From: a virus
Lineage: Duplodnaviria > Caudoviricetes
DNA length: 64,000 nt
IMG/VR virus record: IMGVR_UViG_3300042673_001351
Location: 1-64,000 of that record
Reading direction: 5' to 3' (one strand)
Made by a program: the position numbers and the translations under genes. Below the pieces are notes generated by a model. The model did no database searches, was not told the DNA's origin, and saw only the letters and a program-made list of their open reading frames with translations. This document shows, in pieces, positions 40,598-49,959 of this stretch (position 1 is its first letter; each line of letters opens with the position of its first letter).

Positions 40598-41587
40598 CTA
40601 GGAAAATTTTTTAAAAATATCTTTAAAAGCGTTTTCAGTCAACTGATCCCAATTGTAATCTTTATGTATTTTAGTTGACTGGGCAAAATAATAATTTGAA
40701 TATGCTTTAAAATTAATAGACACGTCTCTCATAAGTTCAAGTAGATGTTGACGGTTTGGCTCAAAAACTTTTCCTTTGTGTGGAAATGGCCATGGTGAAT
40801 CTATAATTTTTGATTTTAATTTTAGTGGACCAAGATATTTTTCGTAATGAGCCCATCCGCTAGTACAAATAGTTGGCATGCCAGTTGCTAAAGCTTGAAA
40901 TGGAATAAAACCAAACCCTTCTCCATAGCTTGGGTAAATTAAAACATCATGTGAGTTGTATAGTTCGACTAATTTCTCGTTTGTTAGAACGCTTGTTATT
41001 AAATTAATATTTGAGTAAAGTTTTTCTGGTGTGCCGATTATGTTTTTGTCTATAAAATTATTGTAAACTCTTGTAGTGTTAATCTGGTCTGCTTTAATTG
41101 TTAAAGAGTATTGTGGATTATTACCAAATAAACTTATAAATGAATCTACAACCATTTGACCAGCTTTTCTTGGTGCTGGCTCGCCTACGTGTAAAAATTT
41201 TATTATTCCGTCATCTGGCCTTTTATAAGGTTTCCATATTGGGTCAATCCCATGTGGATAAACTTTGTCTACCTTGTATCCGTTATCTTCAAAAACATTT
41301 GCACACCAATCTGAAGTGGTCCAAATTTCATCGCAGGCATCCATGTATTCTTTCCAGTCTTCTGGTATTACTGTAGACTCCCACGGAGTATAACTAATTT
41401 GATATTGATTTTTATGTAATTTAAAATGCGATGGTTGTGAAAAATTAAACTGTACCTTAGACTTTGGGTCTTGAAATGGAACAAAGTGTCCCAGGTTATT
41501 TAGTGATTTAACTATATTCTCTCCCGCATATCCATACCCATTTTTGTTTTTTAGGTTAGCAATTACTGTGGAAAACGATATATTCAT
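40598..41587 (-). CDS. Glycosyltransferase (GT-B, GT4-like)
   Basis: PWEST, DEIWTTS, PHGID, RKAG, YPSYGEGFGFIPFQALATGMP. Confidence 0.88.
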   Translation of the reverse strand: MNISFSTVIANLKNKNGYGYAGENIVKSLNNLGHFVPFQDPKSKVQFNFSQPSHFKLHKNQYQISYTPWESTVIPEDWKEYMDACDEIWTTSDWCANVFEDNGYKVDKVYPHGIDPIWKPYKRPDDGIIKFLHVGEPAPRKAGQMVVDSFISLFGNNPQYSLTIKADQINTTRVYNNFIDKNIIGTPEKLYSNINLITSVLTNEKLVELYNSHDVLIYPSYGEGFGFIPFQALATGMPTICTSGWAHYEKYLGPLKLKSKIIDSPWPFPHKGKVFEPNRQHLLELMRDVSINFKAYSNYYFAQSTKIHKDYNWDQLTENAFKDIFKKFS

Positions 41588-41609
41588 ACACTCTTTCTGG
41601 TCAACTGGC

Positions 41610-41639
41610 TTGACACTCTTTAAAGCACAATGGTACTAT
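41610..41639 (+). promoter_or_regulatory. Sigma-A type promoter
   Basis: TTGACA-N18-TACTAT with extended TG. Confidence 0.6.
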
Positions 41640-41672
41640 TATAGTTCGTTATCTCTAAAGGAGGAAATGCCA

Positions 41673-42224
41673 ATGGAGAAAGTAAAACAAAGACTTAGTG
41701 ATGTTGTACATAACTGGGCCGCAATAGCAATAATAACATTATTCCTATTTTCCGTCCAGCCTGGACCAACTGCTACTCAGGCTTTAGAAGTAAAAGAAGA
41801 AAAAACCGAAATACAACTAAAAAGAGAAATACTAAGTAAGTTCAGCAATGATACTTATGAGCACTCCGAAATGCTTGCACCTGATGATCTAAAAGATCTA
41901 CTATGGGCTGTGGGTTTTGAAGGAACTGCTTTAAAAACAGCTTGGGCTGTTGCTAGGGTAGAGTCTAACGGGAGACCGCTTGCTCTAAACGACAACAAAT
42001 CAACTGGAGATAAATCTTACGGAATTTTCCAAATAAATATGCTAGGGCAACTTGGCATAGATAGGAAAGAAAAATTCGACTTAGTTTCAAATAAGGAATT
42101 ATTTGATCCAGTAACAAACGCAGAGATAACGTATTATATGACTAAAGGCGGAAAAGATTGGTCATCGTGGCCTAACTCAATAGGAAAGGCCAAGGAGTTG
42201 ATTCCTCAATTCCCTAAAGCTTAA
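41673..42224 (+). CDS. Lytic transglycosylase / lysozyme-like protein with N-terminal membrane or signal segment
   Basis: AVARVESNG, SYGIFQINM, LFDPVTNA, GGKDWSSW; AAAGGAGG RBS favours a start at 41673. Confidence 0.8.
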   Translation: MEKVKQRLSDVVHNWAAIAIITLFLFSVQPGPTATQALEVKEEKTEIQLKREILSKFSNDTYEHSEMLAPDDLKDLLWAVGFEGTALKTAWAVARVESNGRPLALNDNKSTGDKSYGIFQINMLGQLGIDRKEKFDLVSNKELFDPVTNAEITYYMTKGGKDWSSWPNSIGKAKELIPQFPKA

Positions 42225-42233
42225 GGAGCATTT

Positions 42234-42452
42234 TTGCGACAGATACAATATGTATCTCAGTATATAGCTTTATCAGAGGAGAGCCTTGTTCCAAAATTGG
42301 AATGTCCAATGGATCAGGGCTCTCTTTTCTGCAATTTAGATTTAGATGATAACATATTCTTGTATTGTATTTCTTGTGATTATAAAAACTTCATAGGAAG
42401 CTCTTTTTATGATAAAATTGTATTATTAGTAGATGGAGTTAAAAATGTCTGA
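42234..42452 (+). CDS. Small zinc-ribbon protein
   Basis: CPMD...CISC. Confidence 0.6.
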   Translation: MRQIQYVSQYIALSEESLVPKLECPMDQGSLFCNLDLDDNIFLYCISCDYKNFIGSSFYDKIVLLVDGVKNV

Positions 42453-42645
42453 AGCGCCAGTAAATCAAAATTTAGAAGATAACCTTCCAATGGTTGATTA
42501 TATTATGCTACATAGAATATATGATTTGTTAACCCTTATAGCAAATGAGGTTGCTGGTTCTGAGAAGACTTCTAAGATGATTGAATACCATGAGCAAGGA
42601 TATTTATTAGGTCCAGCCCCTTCTTATACTCCTGAAGGAGAATAA
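42445..42645 (+). CDS. Hypothetical protein
   Basis: GGAG RBS; overlaps the previous gene. Confidence 0.65.
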   Translation: MSEAPVNQNLEDNLPMVDYIMLHRIYDLLTLIANEVAGSEKTSKMIEYHEQGYLLGPAPSYTPEGE

Positions 42646-43632
42646 GTGGCAAATTTTGTTAACGACGTACAGTATAGCGATGATTTTTTATTTGAAATAT
42701 TAGAAACTGTAAACAATGATCCCGCTACAAGTGGACTTTATGATAAAAATCATATTGCATTGTTGCCATTTTATGAGTTAGAGCATGGAATGCGTTTAAA
42801 GGATAATACCCTTATAAAAAAAATCTCAACAGATAACAAAGTAAATAGTAAAAGTTTTTATTTTATGCATATTCCAAAAAATTCTGGGCTGTCTCTTCAA
42901 CAAGAATTAAAACAAAATTTTAAAGGACATCAAACTTTTATAAATCAAATATCATATATTAATGATGAAGATATGTTGAGATCTAAATTGATTTCTGGAC
43001 ATTTTGCATCATATCCTTTTTCTTTATACAAAAAAAATAATTTAAATTTATCTGGAATTACAATGCTTAGGGATCCAGTAGATAGGTGCATTAGTTATTT
43101 TATGCATACCTATAATATTTTTAATATTATGTTAAATAGAAAACCTGATTTCCCAACACAAAAAAGCTTTGATAGGTTTTTGTCTGAGCCCAGCAATTTA
43201 GATTTTATAACCAACTTTCAATGTAGAAGTATGACATCATCAATAAATTTTGAAGATTCTAACAAGTGGAGCACAGATTATTTATCTAATAAAATAAATA
43301 AATTTTCTTTATTCGCTAAAGGTAGTACAACTTCTCATTTTATTGAAAATAATAATAATGGTTCTTTGTGGAAAGAAAAATTAAATAATTTTGCTATAAT
43401 AGGAACTACAGAAAATAGAACTTTGTTTTTAGACAGACTTTCTAAAATTTTACAAAAATCAAATTATAATGGTAATTTTTTAAATATCAAAAAAAATAAA
43501 TCTTTATATAGCACGGGAGATATAAAAAAAATGTTAAGCCAAAATCAAATTAAACAGATTATAGATTTAAATAACTATGATTTTGAAATGTATGATTTTT
43601 TAATGACGAACAAAGGAGTCTGGGAATGTTAA
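42646..43632 (+). CDS. Sulfotransferase family protein
   Basis: FMHIPKNSG (5'-PSB), SGHF, LRDPVDRCIS (3'-PB), NxxDFEMY. Confidence 0.82.
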   Translation: MANFVNDVQYSDDFLFEILETVNNDPATSGLYDKNHIALLPFYELEHGMRLKDNTLIKKISTDNKVNSKSFYFMHIPKNSGLSLQQELKQNFKGHQTFINQISYINDEDMLRSKLISGHFASYPFSLYKKNNLNLSGITMLRDPVDRCISYFMHTYNIFNIMLNRKPDFPTQKSFDRFLSEPSNLDFITNFQCRSMTSSINFEDSNKWSTDYLSNKINKFSLFAKGSTTSHFIENNNNGSLWKEKLNNFAIIGTTENRTLFLDRLSKILQKSNYNGNFLNIKKNKSLYSTGDIKKMLSQNQIKQIIDLNNYDFEMYDFLMTNKGVWEC

Positions 43633-45056
43633 AAAAAAATTTATACCCATTTTTTAGATTAAGCGCTAGATGGGTCGACCCTAGACATATTCCTATTACA
43701 AAAAGAGATGTTAAATCAAAAAATTTAGAAAATAAAATTCCAAAATTATATTTTCCATTAAATAGACATTATGGATTTTTTTTAAATACAGCAAAAGTAT
43801 ATGTAAAAGATATGTTGCGTTATGGAAAATCTTATTCTACCTACAGGGGAAGATATTTAGTAATTTATATTTTTTCTCCACAGGGGGCTTGGGAAATTTT
43901 AGCTGCTAAGCAAAAATCTTTTATTAAAGGTCCTTTGTGGGGCAGGGCACGTAGACTTCTTGGCAATGGATTGCTGGTTAGTGAGAATCCAGATCATTTT
44001 GTTTTTAGAAGAATGACAATGTCTAGCTTTGATCATAAAAAATTATTAAGCATGTCTAATATAATGTTTAACATAACTAAAAGTAAAATTGATGAATTAA
44101 AAAATAACAAAAAAGAAATTGAAATTCGTTCTGAGATAAACTCTTTGGCTTTAGATATTGTTAGTAGGTGCGTCTTTGGAGTTGATGTTCAGCATAACTC
44201 TGAGTTAATAAAAGACGAGTTAACTGTGTCGGTAAATGCTATGGATCGAACACAGAATCCATCCTTAACAAGGTTTGAAAATATGAATATCCCTTACTTT
44301 AAAAACTTTGTAAACTCAACTGTATTTATGTATGAATTTGTAGAAAAAGTGTATGAAGATAAAATCAAAAGCAATTTAGATGGAGACGACCTGCTATCTA
44401 TATATATAAACAGCACAGATGAAGATGGTAATAAAATGTCTAAGCATCAAATTTTAGATGAAATGCTTACTGTAATCCTTGCTGGATTTGAATCTACATC
44501 AAACACTCTGGTATGGGCTTTGGCTTATCTAAACAGGCATCCAGAAGAATATAATAAATTAATTGAAGAATCTAAGAGTATTTTTAACTCTGGTCTATCC
44601 GAAGAAGAGGTGCTACAAAAAATTATTAGCGCCCCCGTTTGTTCTAGTATTTTAAAAGAAACATTAAGACTTTGCCCTCCTATTTGGAATTTGCCTAGAA
44701 TGGCAAAAGAGGATGTTGAGGTAGATGGAAACTTTATTCCAAAGGGTTCGTTTGTAATTGTAAACCCATATGTTACTCATAGAATACCAGAAATATACCC
44801 AAACCCTGAAAAGTTTATACCTTCTAGGTGGGATGGGGATTTTGAAAAAAACTTGCCTTTAGGTGCATATTTCCCGTTTAGTGAAGGTAATAGAAAATGC
44901 ATTGGGGACCAATTTGCAATGATAGAAATGAAAATAATTCTTTTGGCAATGTCTAACTCATTTAAAATAAAAACTTATGGGAAATTCCCCAGAGGTATAG
45001 ATAGGGTGACTTATCGTGTTGCAAAACCATTAAGGGCTAAAATAAAAAATCATTGA
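43626..45056 (+). CDS. Cytochrome P450
   Basis: I-helix AGFESTS, K-helix ETLR, PEKFIPSRW meander, heme motif FSEGNRKCIG. Confidence 0.93.
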   Translation: MLKKNLYPFFRLSARWVDPRHIPITKRDVKSKNLENKIPKLYFPLNRHYGFFLNTAKVYVKDMLRYGKSYSTYRGRYLVIYIFSPQGAWEILAAKQKSFIKGPLWGRARRLLGNGLLVSENPDHFVFRRMTMSSFDHKKLLSMSNIMFNITKSKIDELKNNKKEIEIRSEINSLALDIVSRCVFGVDVQHNSELIKDELTVSVNAMDRTQNPSLTRFENMNIPYFKNFVNSTVFMYEFVEKVYEDKIKSNLDGDDLLSIYINSTDEDGNKMSKHQILDEMLTVILAGFESTSNTLVWALAYLNRHPEEYNKLIEESKSIFNSGLSEEEVLQKIISAPVCSSILKETLRLCPPIWNLPRMAKEDVEVDGNFIPKGSFVIVNPYVTHRIPEIYPNPEKFIPSRWDGDFEKNLPLGAYFPFSEGNRKCIGDQFAMIEMKIILLAMSNSFKIKTYGKFPRGIDRVTYRVAKPLRAKIKNH

Positions 45057-45081
45057 CTTTGGAAAATAATAATTATACAAT
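45053..45081 (+). promoter_or_regulatory. Sigma-A type promoter
   Basis: TTGACT-N17-TACAAT. Confidence 0.65.
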
Positions 45082-45087
45082 TGTTTT

Positions 45088-45165
45088 GTAAGTCGAGCTT
45101 AGGCTCCTTACTTAGCTACAATAAGTAGCAAAACCCAATCGGATCCGCCTCTGATTGGGTTTTCT
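45088..45165 (+). ncRNA. Candidate three-hairpin small RNA
   Basis: Starts 7 nt after a -10 box; three consecutive stems, the last terminator-like; no ORF. Confidence 0.5.
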
Positions 45166-45190
45166 ATTTAAATAGGTGTATAATTAATTC

Positions 45191-45355
45191 ATGAGTCCAA
45201 GATACTTTGCTAAATTTAGTAACAACCCTGGTGCTGAAAGCAATTGGTATCATTTTGCTGGCGAACATTTTCAGCCAGGCGACCCTGAATATAAAATGTA
45301 TTTAAAATATAAAATATTCAAATATAGATTAAGAAAACTATTTCGACTTAAATAA
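45191..45355 (+). CDS. Small basic hypothetical protein (54 aa), probably leaderless
   Basis: TATAAT 6 nt upstream of ATG; MSPRYFAKF... Confidence 0.5.
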   Translation: MSPRYFAKFSNNPGAESNWYHFAGEHFQPGDPEYKMYLKYKIFKYRLRKLFRLK

Positions 45356-45567
45356 GTGCAATTGCAAAAATTGAAGTGCTCGGCGGCGGTAGAGAAGAAC
45401 ATATAATTTTACCCATATAGCCAATGTAAGAGATATACCTCTAAATTGCTCTATAGGGCTTCTGAGAAGGTTTTAGCTATATACCCATACCCATACATGC
45501 ATAGGGCCTTAAAATGGCTTTAAATCAATTTCTGGAATATATCCTATTATTCTAGTTGACTAAGATA

Positions 45568-45849
45568 TTATATAGACTTATTAATTTTTCTCTGGTGAGT
45601 TCTGACCCTATGACAATTAGAACATACTATCTCACATTTAGCTATTTCTAGATCTATTCTTTTCTTAGATAGGGTCACAATGAGTTCTGATACGTTTGCT
45701 TGCTTCCGCCCACGCACATGATCAAAATCCATTACGTAATAGGGAAAACTTTCTTTACAATCCATACATGGAGTATTAGATTTTAGGTCCTGAATATATC
45801 TGGCTAGATAAGCTTTTTGTTTAGCTATGCTAGTCTTTTCAGACTTCAT
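45568..45849 (-). CDS. HNH endonuclease
   Basis: CMDC...DFDH...CEIVCSNCHRVRT. Confidence 0.85.
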   Translation of the reverse strand: MKSEKTSIAKQKAYLARYIQDLKSNTPCMDCKESFPYYVMDFDHVRGRKQANVSELIVTLSKKRIDLEIAKCEIVCSNCHRVRTHQRKINKSI

Positions 45850-46039
45850 AGTCTTATTATATATTATGTTCTTTTAATGTATATCTGGGTATTTAGATTT
45901 TTTAGCAAACCCCCCCTCCCCCCTAAGTTTAAAAAATCTTCTTAGAAAGACAGGGAGGGCGATTACATCTGGTATATCTGAGTTCCTTAGTGTAACCCCC
46001 CAAAACCTTGCCTAGTATAACATTATAAAAATTTTTCTG

Positions 46040-46729
46040 TCAAATCTGGATCCCTAAGTCTTTTTGCCTATTTTTAATAATTTTAATAAGCGCCTCATAT
46101 TTGTCATTTACAATAGATAAATCAACCGCCTTTTCAAATTCACTTAATATAATATTATAATTTTTTTCTGTTTTAGAGCTTGGCAAAAATAATTCAACTT
46201 TATCCATCCTGTAATTGAATACAATGTTTCTAGATGGAATTTGATTTAAAAAATTAAAATTTTCTACTAGACCCAAAGAATATATTTTATTTATGCTTTC
46301 AAAGACTTTTTTTGGATTATTTTCTAGTTGATCAAAAGTATATGTTGTTCTATTATCTATATCTAGCATTAGTGAATCAAGAAACATATTGTATTCATTA
46401 GTTTGTCCAATAAAACCTCTTAAAATAGCATCGCTATCTTCGCCCCTTAATGGGGACATTACTATGTTAGAAACAATACAGTCTTTTGGGTTTCTTAAAA
46501 CAGTAACTGGATTAGGCTGGTTAATATTTTTTTCAACGTTCCAATTTTTTTTAACAACCAAAAAATTGTTTATTGTTAAATTTTGCCTTAAATAAGTAGT
46601 TCCAGACCTAGGAAAATTTTTTATGCAAACTAAGGGTTTCGGCCAAAACCCATTTTCCATAAAGTCTACATCATCGTATAAACTTAACTTAGACTTTATC
46701 TCTTCTACTTGGCTATTTTTTCCCATCAT
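46040..46729 (-). CDS. Sulfotransferase-like P-loop protein
   Basis: FPRSGTTYL and LRNPKDCIVS. Confidence 0.7.
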   Translation of the reverse strand: MMGKNSQVEEIKSKLSLYDDVDFMENGFWPKPLVCIKNFPRSGTTYLRQNLTINNFLVVKKNWNVEKNINQPNPVTVLRNPKDCIVSNIVMSPLRGEDSDAILRGFIGQTNEYNMFLDSLMLDIDNRTTYTFDQLENNPKKVFESINKIYSLGLVENFNFLNQIPSRNIVFNYRMDKVELFLPSSKTEKNYNIILSEFEKAVDLSIVNDKYEALIKIIKNRQKDLGIQI

Positions 46730-47340
46730 ATCATTTTTATATAAATGTCTGAATGCATGACTTCACCAATGACAAATGCGCTGATAGCCCATTGAGGATT
46801 TTCTGATAAAAATTCATTCACAGCAGCAACGACCCCAGTATATTCATTAGTAAAATGATCATATACTATATAATCATTAAATCCTATAACTCCACCTTTA
46901 TTTAAATGAGCTACGGCAAAACTTAAACAATATTTTACAAAATCAAAATCATGGTTTGCGTCTATGTAAATATAATCATATTTTTTTTTGCTTGCAATTA
47001 AATTACTTTCTTTTATGTGAATTGTTTTTTGAATAATTTCAATATTTTTATTATTTTTATATTTATCTTTAATATAAGAATAATGCGTTTTTCTTGTAAA
47101 TCTTTCCGAGTCTGGGTTGTCATAGTCGTCTGACATGAAATGATCAACTAGTGTGATTTTTTTGGGAAAAAGTGTTTTTATAACCATGTCAGTATATCTC
47201 CCCGCCAATACGCCAATTTCTAAATAGGAATCTATTGGATTTTGATCTTTAAGATAGTCTATTTTGTCTGCATATATTTTTGCATTTTTTAGCATGTTGT
47301 TAGACAAAGGCACAAATTCTATATATTCTTTATTAGACAT
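46726..47340 (-). CDS. Class I SAM-dependent methyltransferase (Methyltransf_24-like)
   Basis: LEIGVLAG, DYIYIDANH, GGVIGFNDY, GVVAAVNEF. Confidence 0.85.
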   Translation of the reverse strand: MSNKEYIEFVPLSNNMLKNAKIYADKIDYLKDQNPIDSYLEIGVLAGRYTDMVIKTLFPKKITLVDHFMSDDYDNPDSERFTRKTHYSYIKDKYKNNKNIEIIQKTIHIKESNLIASKKKYDYIYIDANHDFDFVKYCLSFAVAHLNKGGVIGFNDYIVYDHFTNEYTGVVAAVNEFLSENPQWAISAFVIGEVMHSDIYIKMI

Positions 47341-47375
47341 TATTACATTATATCAAATAATGATACAATATAACA

Positions 47376-48041
47376 ATGCACCCACTAACACCAAAAGACT
47401 ATATGCCCAGAAAAGATCTGTTAAAAATAGATAATATAACAGAAATTATAGGAACTGGGACTGATAATATTAAAATAATAGAAAATTTTTTATCCGAAAA
47501 AGAAATTTCTACTGCATTAACCTTTTTAAAAAAACACCCAGTTAATGAAAATGCTACCCACTCGTATTCTTTGCAGCAGATACAGGGACACTCATCATCA
47601 TTAGATGAATTATTTTTTGGAGAAATGATGGGAAGAAAAATGGTCGAGTTAGGACAAAACCTTTATGGGCAACCATTAATAAAAGATAGACCGTTTTTAT
47701 ATGTAACACATCCAACTGGAACATACATCGATCCACATACAGATATACTAGACGTAGACGATCCAGATTACGATACCCCCAGTTTTGATGAACAGGTAAA
47801 AGAATTTCCCTATTTATGGAGCGGACACCTATCAATACTTGGCTATCTTAATGACGATTTTGAAGGCGGAGAACTTTATTTTCCAGAACTAGATTATGGT
47901 TTTAAGCCAAAAAGGGGTTCAGTTGTGCTATTCCCTGGAAACTTACATTACGTACACGGCGTAGCTCCAATAACAAGTGGAGTTAGATATACAATATCTC
48001 AGTGGTGTATATTTAAAAACTTTATATCTAAACCATCCTAA
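47376..48041 (+). CDS. 2OG-Fe(II) oxygenase, prolyl 4-hydroxylase-like
   Basis: HTD...YLNDDFEGGEL...HGV...RYT. Confidence 0.9.
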   Translation: MHPLTPKDYMPRKDLLKIDNITEIIGTGTDNIKIIENFLSEKEISTALTFLKKHPVNENATHSYSLQQIQGHSSSLDELFFGEMMGRKMVELGQNLYGQPLIKDRPFLYVTHPTGTYIDPHTDILDVDDPDYDTPSFDEQVKEFPYLWSGHLSILGYLNDDFEGGELYFPELDYGFKPKRGSVVLFPGNLHYVHGVAPITSGVRYTISQWCIFKNFISKPS

Positions 48042-48048
48042 ATAAGTG

Positions 48049-48996
48049 CTAAAAAAGTGCGGCGGAAGTAGAAGACATGTTTGAATCATGTTCTTGCTTA
48101 ATCTGTATAAATCTATTTGCAGATTTCCTTGTTTGATTTAAAAAGGCATATAAAGCATTTCTATAGTGATCCCCAGTGCCAGATAAAATTAAATTTTCAA
48201 CATCCCAATATTTTAGTACTGGGTATATAACTTCATCTAAATGAATACTGGGGTCATATATTCCCGCAAAAGCTAAAGCGTTACCCATTTCTCTATATCC
48301 TGGAATTTGATGCTGAGGGTAGTCAAATCCTGTAATAACATTGGATATGGCTTCCATGCCAACATCTGGATTTATTTCAAGTGCAGCTTTTACAAGATTT
48401 CTATATACCATAAAGTGCAAGTTTTCATCCATTGCAATTCTTGCCATTAAGGCTTCACCAATAGGCTCATTAGTAATTTTTGCGGTATGTTTATGAATAA
48501 CCCTGGTTCCAAGTTCCTGAATAGTGGTGTATACAATAGTGTGTATCATATCATTTTTATAAGATGGGATTTTAAACCTTTTCCTCATGTGCTCTAGTCT
48601 TAAATTTTCTAATTTCTTTGGGTCCAGAACACGAGTCGTAACTATATAATCTCTTAGTGCAATTGAGTGACGATTTTCGTCGGCAGACCACAGATCAACC
48701 CATGTTCTCCAAGGCCCATCTTTATCAAATGCATAAGTAAGCTCAGTATGATATGCAGGCAAATTATCTTCTCCCAATAAAGACATCAATAGAGAGTCTT
48801 GTACAACTTTACTTAATTTTGACTGAGATTCGTCAAAATCTTTCCCACCCATTCTGGAGAAATTGCTTCCGAGATCCCAAGGAATATACTCATGTGGATA
48901 CCACATTTTAGAAACAGAGTTATGCCTATTCATTTCATTTTCAACAACTGGTTCTAGTTGCCTTGTAATATCAAGAATTAATTTAGCACTATTCAT
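48049..48996 (-). CDS. desA: Soluble acyl-ACP desaturase (ferritin-like di-iron, DesA1-like)
   Basis: WYPHEYIPW, EDNLPAYH, WSADENRH, QELGT, DENLH. Confidence 0.88.
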   Translation of the reverse strand: MNSAKLILDITRQLEPVVENEMNRHNSVSKMWYPHEYIPWDLGSNFSRMGGKDFDESQSKLSKVVQDSLLMSLLGEDNLPAYHTELTYAFDKDGPWRTWVDLWSADENRHSIALRDYIVTTRVLDPKKLENLRLEHMRKRFKIPSYKNDMIHTIVYTTIQELGTRVIHKHTAKITNEPIGEALMARIAMDENLHFMVYRNLVKAALEINPDVGMEAISNVITGFDYPQHQIPGYREMGNALAFAGIYDPSIHLDEVIYPVLKYWDVENLILSGTGDHYRNALYAFLNQTRKSANRFIQIKQEHDSNMSSTSAALF

Positions 48997-49531
48997 TAAT
49001 TTCAGTCACCTTAAAATTATCCCAAACAACAAATGAAGTTAGAGGTCTTACCTTTTTGTCTTTACTAGGCTGATGATGGTTCCAATAAGAAATTTCTTGT
49101 TTATTGGCAGTTTCTATGGCTTCCTCTTCACTGTTTGCCATAACATCTATTTCAAAATATTCTTCTACCTTATGAAAGACTTTATACGCCTTGCTACCTT
49201 TTCCAAATTTTTTATTAGGCTCCACTAAAAATGTATATTCCCAAAATTCTCCATTTAAAACCTTAAATCTAACGCCCCGTTTAAAAATTATAGACGCACC
49301 AGCGCATAAGTCATGAACTGGACCATACTCCTCTGGGAAATCCACCGTAAAAAAATTTTTTCTGGCAACCAAAGCTTTTACGTAAAAAGGATCTTTACTA
49401 TCACTCCCATACATAAACTTACTTAATACAGTTTGATGTATTTTTTTTTCAATATCTAAATAATTTTCCAAGTTTAATGCGCCAAATGTATTAATATTTG
49501 TTACTATAACTGAGGGCTTTTTATCATCCAT
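48989..49531 (-). CDS. Hypothetical protein
   Basis: 180 aa overlapping the desaturase start. Confidence 0.65.
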   Translation of the reverse strand: MDDKKPSVIVTNINTFGALNLENYLDIEKKIHQTVLSKFMYGSDSKDPFYVKALVARKNFFTVDFPEEYGPVHDLCAGASIIFKRGVRFKVLNGEFWEYTFLVEPNKKFGKGSKAYKVFHKVEEYFEIDVMANSEEEAIETANKQEISYWNHHQPSKDKKVRPLTSFVVWDNFKVTEINE

Positions 49532-49659
49532 TAATAAAGTATATCATTATATAATCCTAGTCGACTAATATATTCATATTTACCAAAATGTTAATAATAT
49601 TTTATTATGTATGATACACACATTTAAAATGTCCGATTTGTCCAGATAGAGCGACCATA

Positions 49660-49675
49660 TGTGAGGAGTATCACA
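49660..49675. promoter_or_regulatory. CRP/GlxR-type box
   Basis: Perfect TGTGA-N6-TCACA. Confidence 0.55.
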
Positions 49676-49732
49676 CGATTATTGAAAATATCTTCATGAT
49701 TTTTGCGACACGCCGAGCCATAACCCCTAAAA

Positions 49733-49754
49733 TGTCAGTCCCCCATGTTAGGAT
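49733..49754 (+). promoter_or_regulatory. PafBC/RecA-NDp-type promoter 1
   Basis: TGTCAG-N10-TAGGAT. Confidence 0.7.
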
Positions 49755-49779
49755 TATAGTATAACAAAATAAAGAATTA

Positions 49780-49833
49780 GAGCGTGAGCCTAGCAAATAA
49801 TCCCGAAAGGGTGAGCCTAGCAAATAACCGCTC
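49780..49833 (+). ncRNA. Candidate structured leader RNA with 17-nt direct repeat
   Basis: GTGAGCCTAGCAAATAA twice, around CCC-GAAA-GGG and closed by GAGCG/CGCTC. Confidence 0.45.
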
Positions 49834-49854
49834 AACCTAACGAAAGGAAATAAA

Positions 49855-49959
49855 ATGAACGATTACCTAGATTACCTAGATGATATCTACGAGGAATTAG
49901 TAGATGAGTTTGGACATGAGGCAGAAGCCGAGTGTGTCCATAATCACACCGCTAAATAA
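49855..49959 (+). CDS. Acidic microprotein (34 aa)
   Basis: AACGAAAGGA RBS; MNDYLDYLDDIYEELVDEFG... Confidence 0.7.
   Translation: MNDYLDYLDDIYEELVDEFGHEAEAECVHNHTAK

Noticed and set aside
49628-49643. AATGTCCGATTTGTCC as a BldC-like site, and TCTCAAAATGTGGAA (51070) as an IclR-like site
   Set aside because: Single short instances and my recall of these consensus sequences is not firm enough to support a call.
49703-49731. Ninth tripartite element (TTGCG-N16-CCCCTAAA), and a similar site near 51463-51491
   Set aside because: Central pentamer mismatched and the upstream RGG block absent; could be chance.
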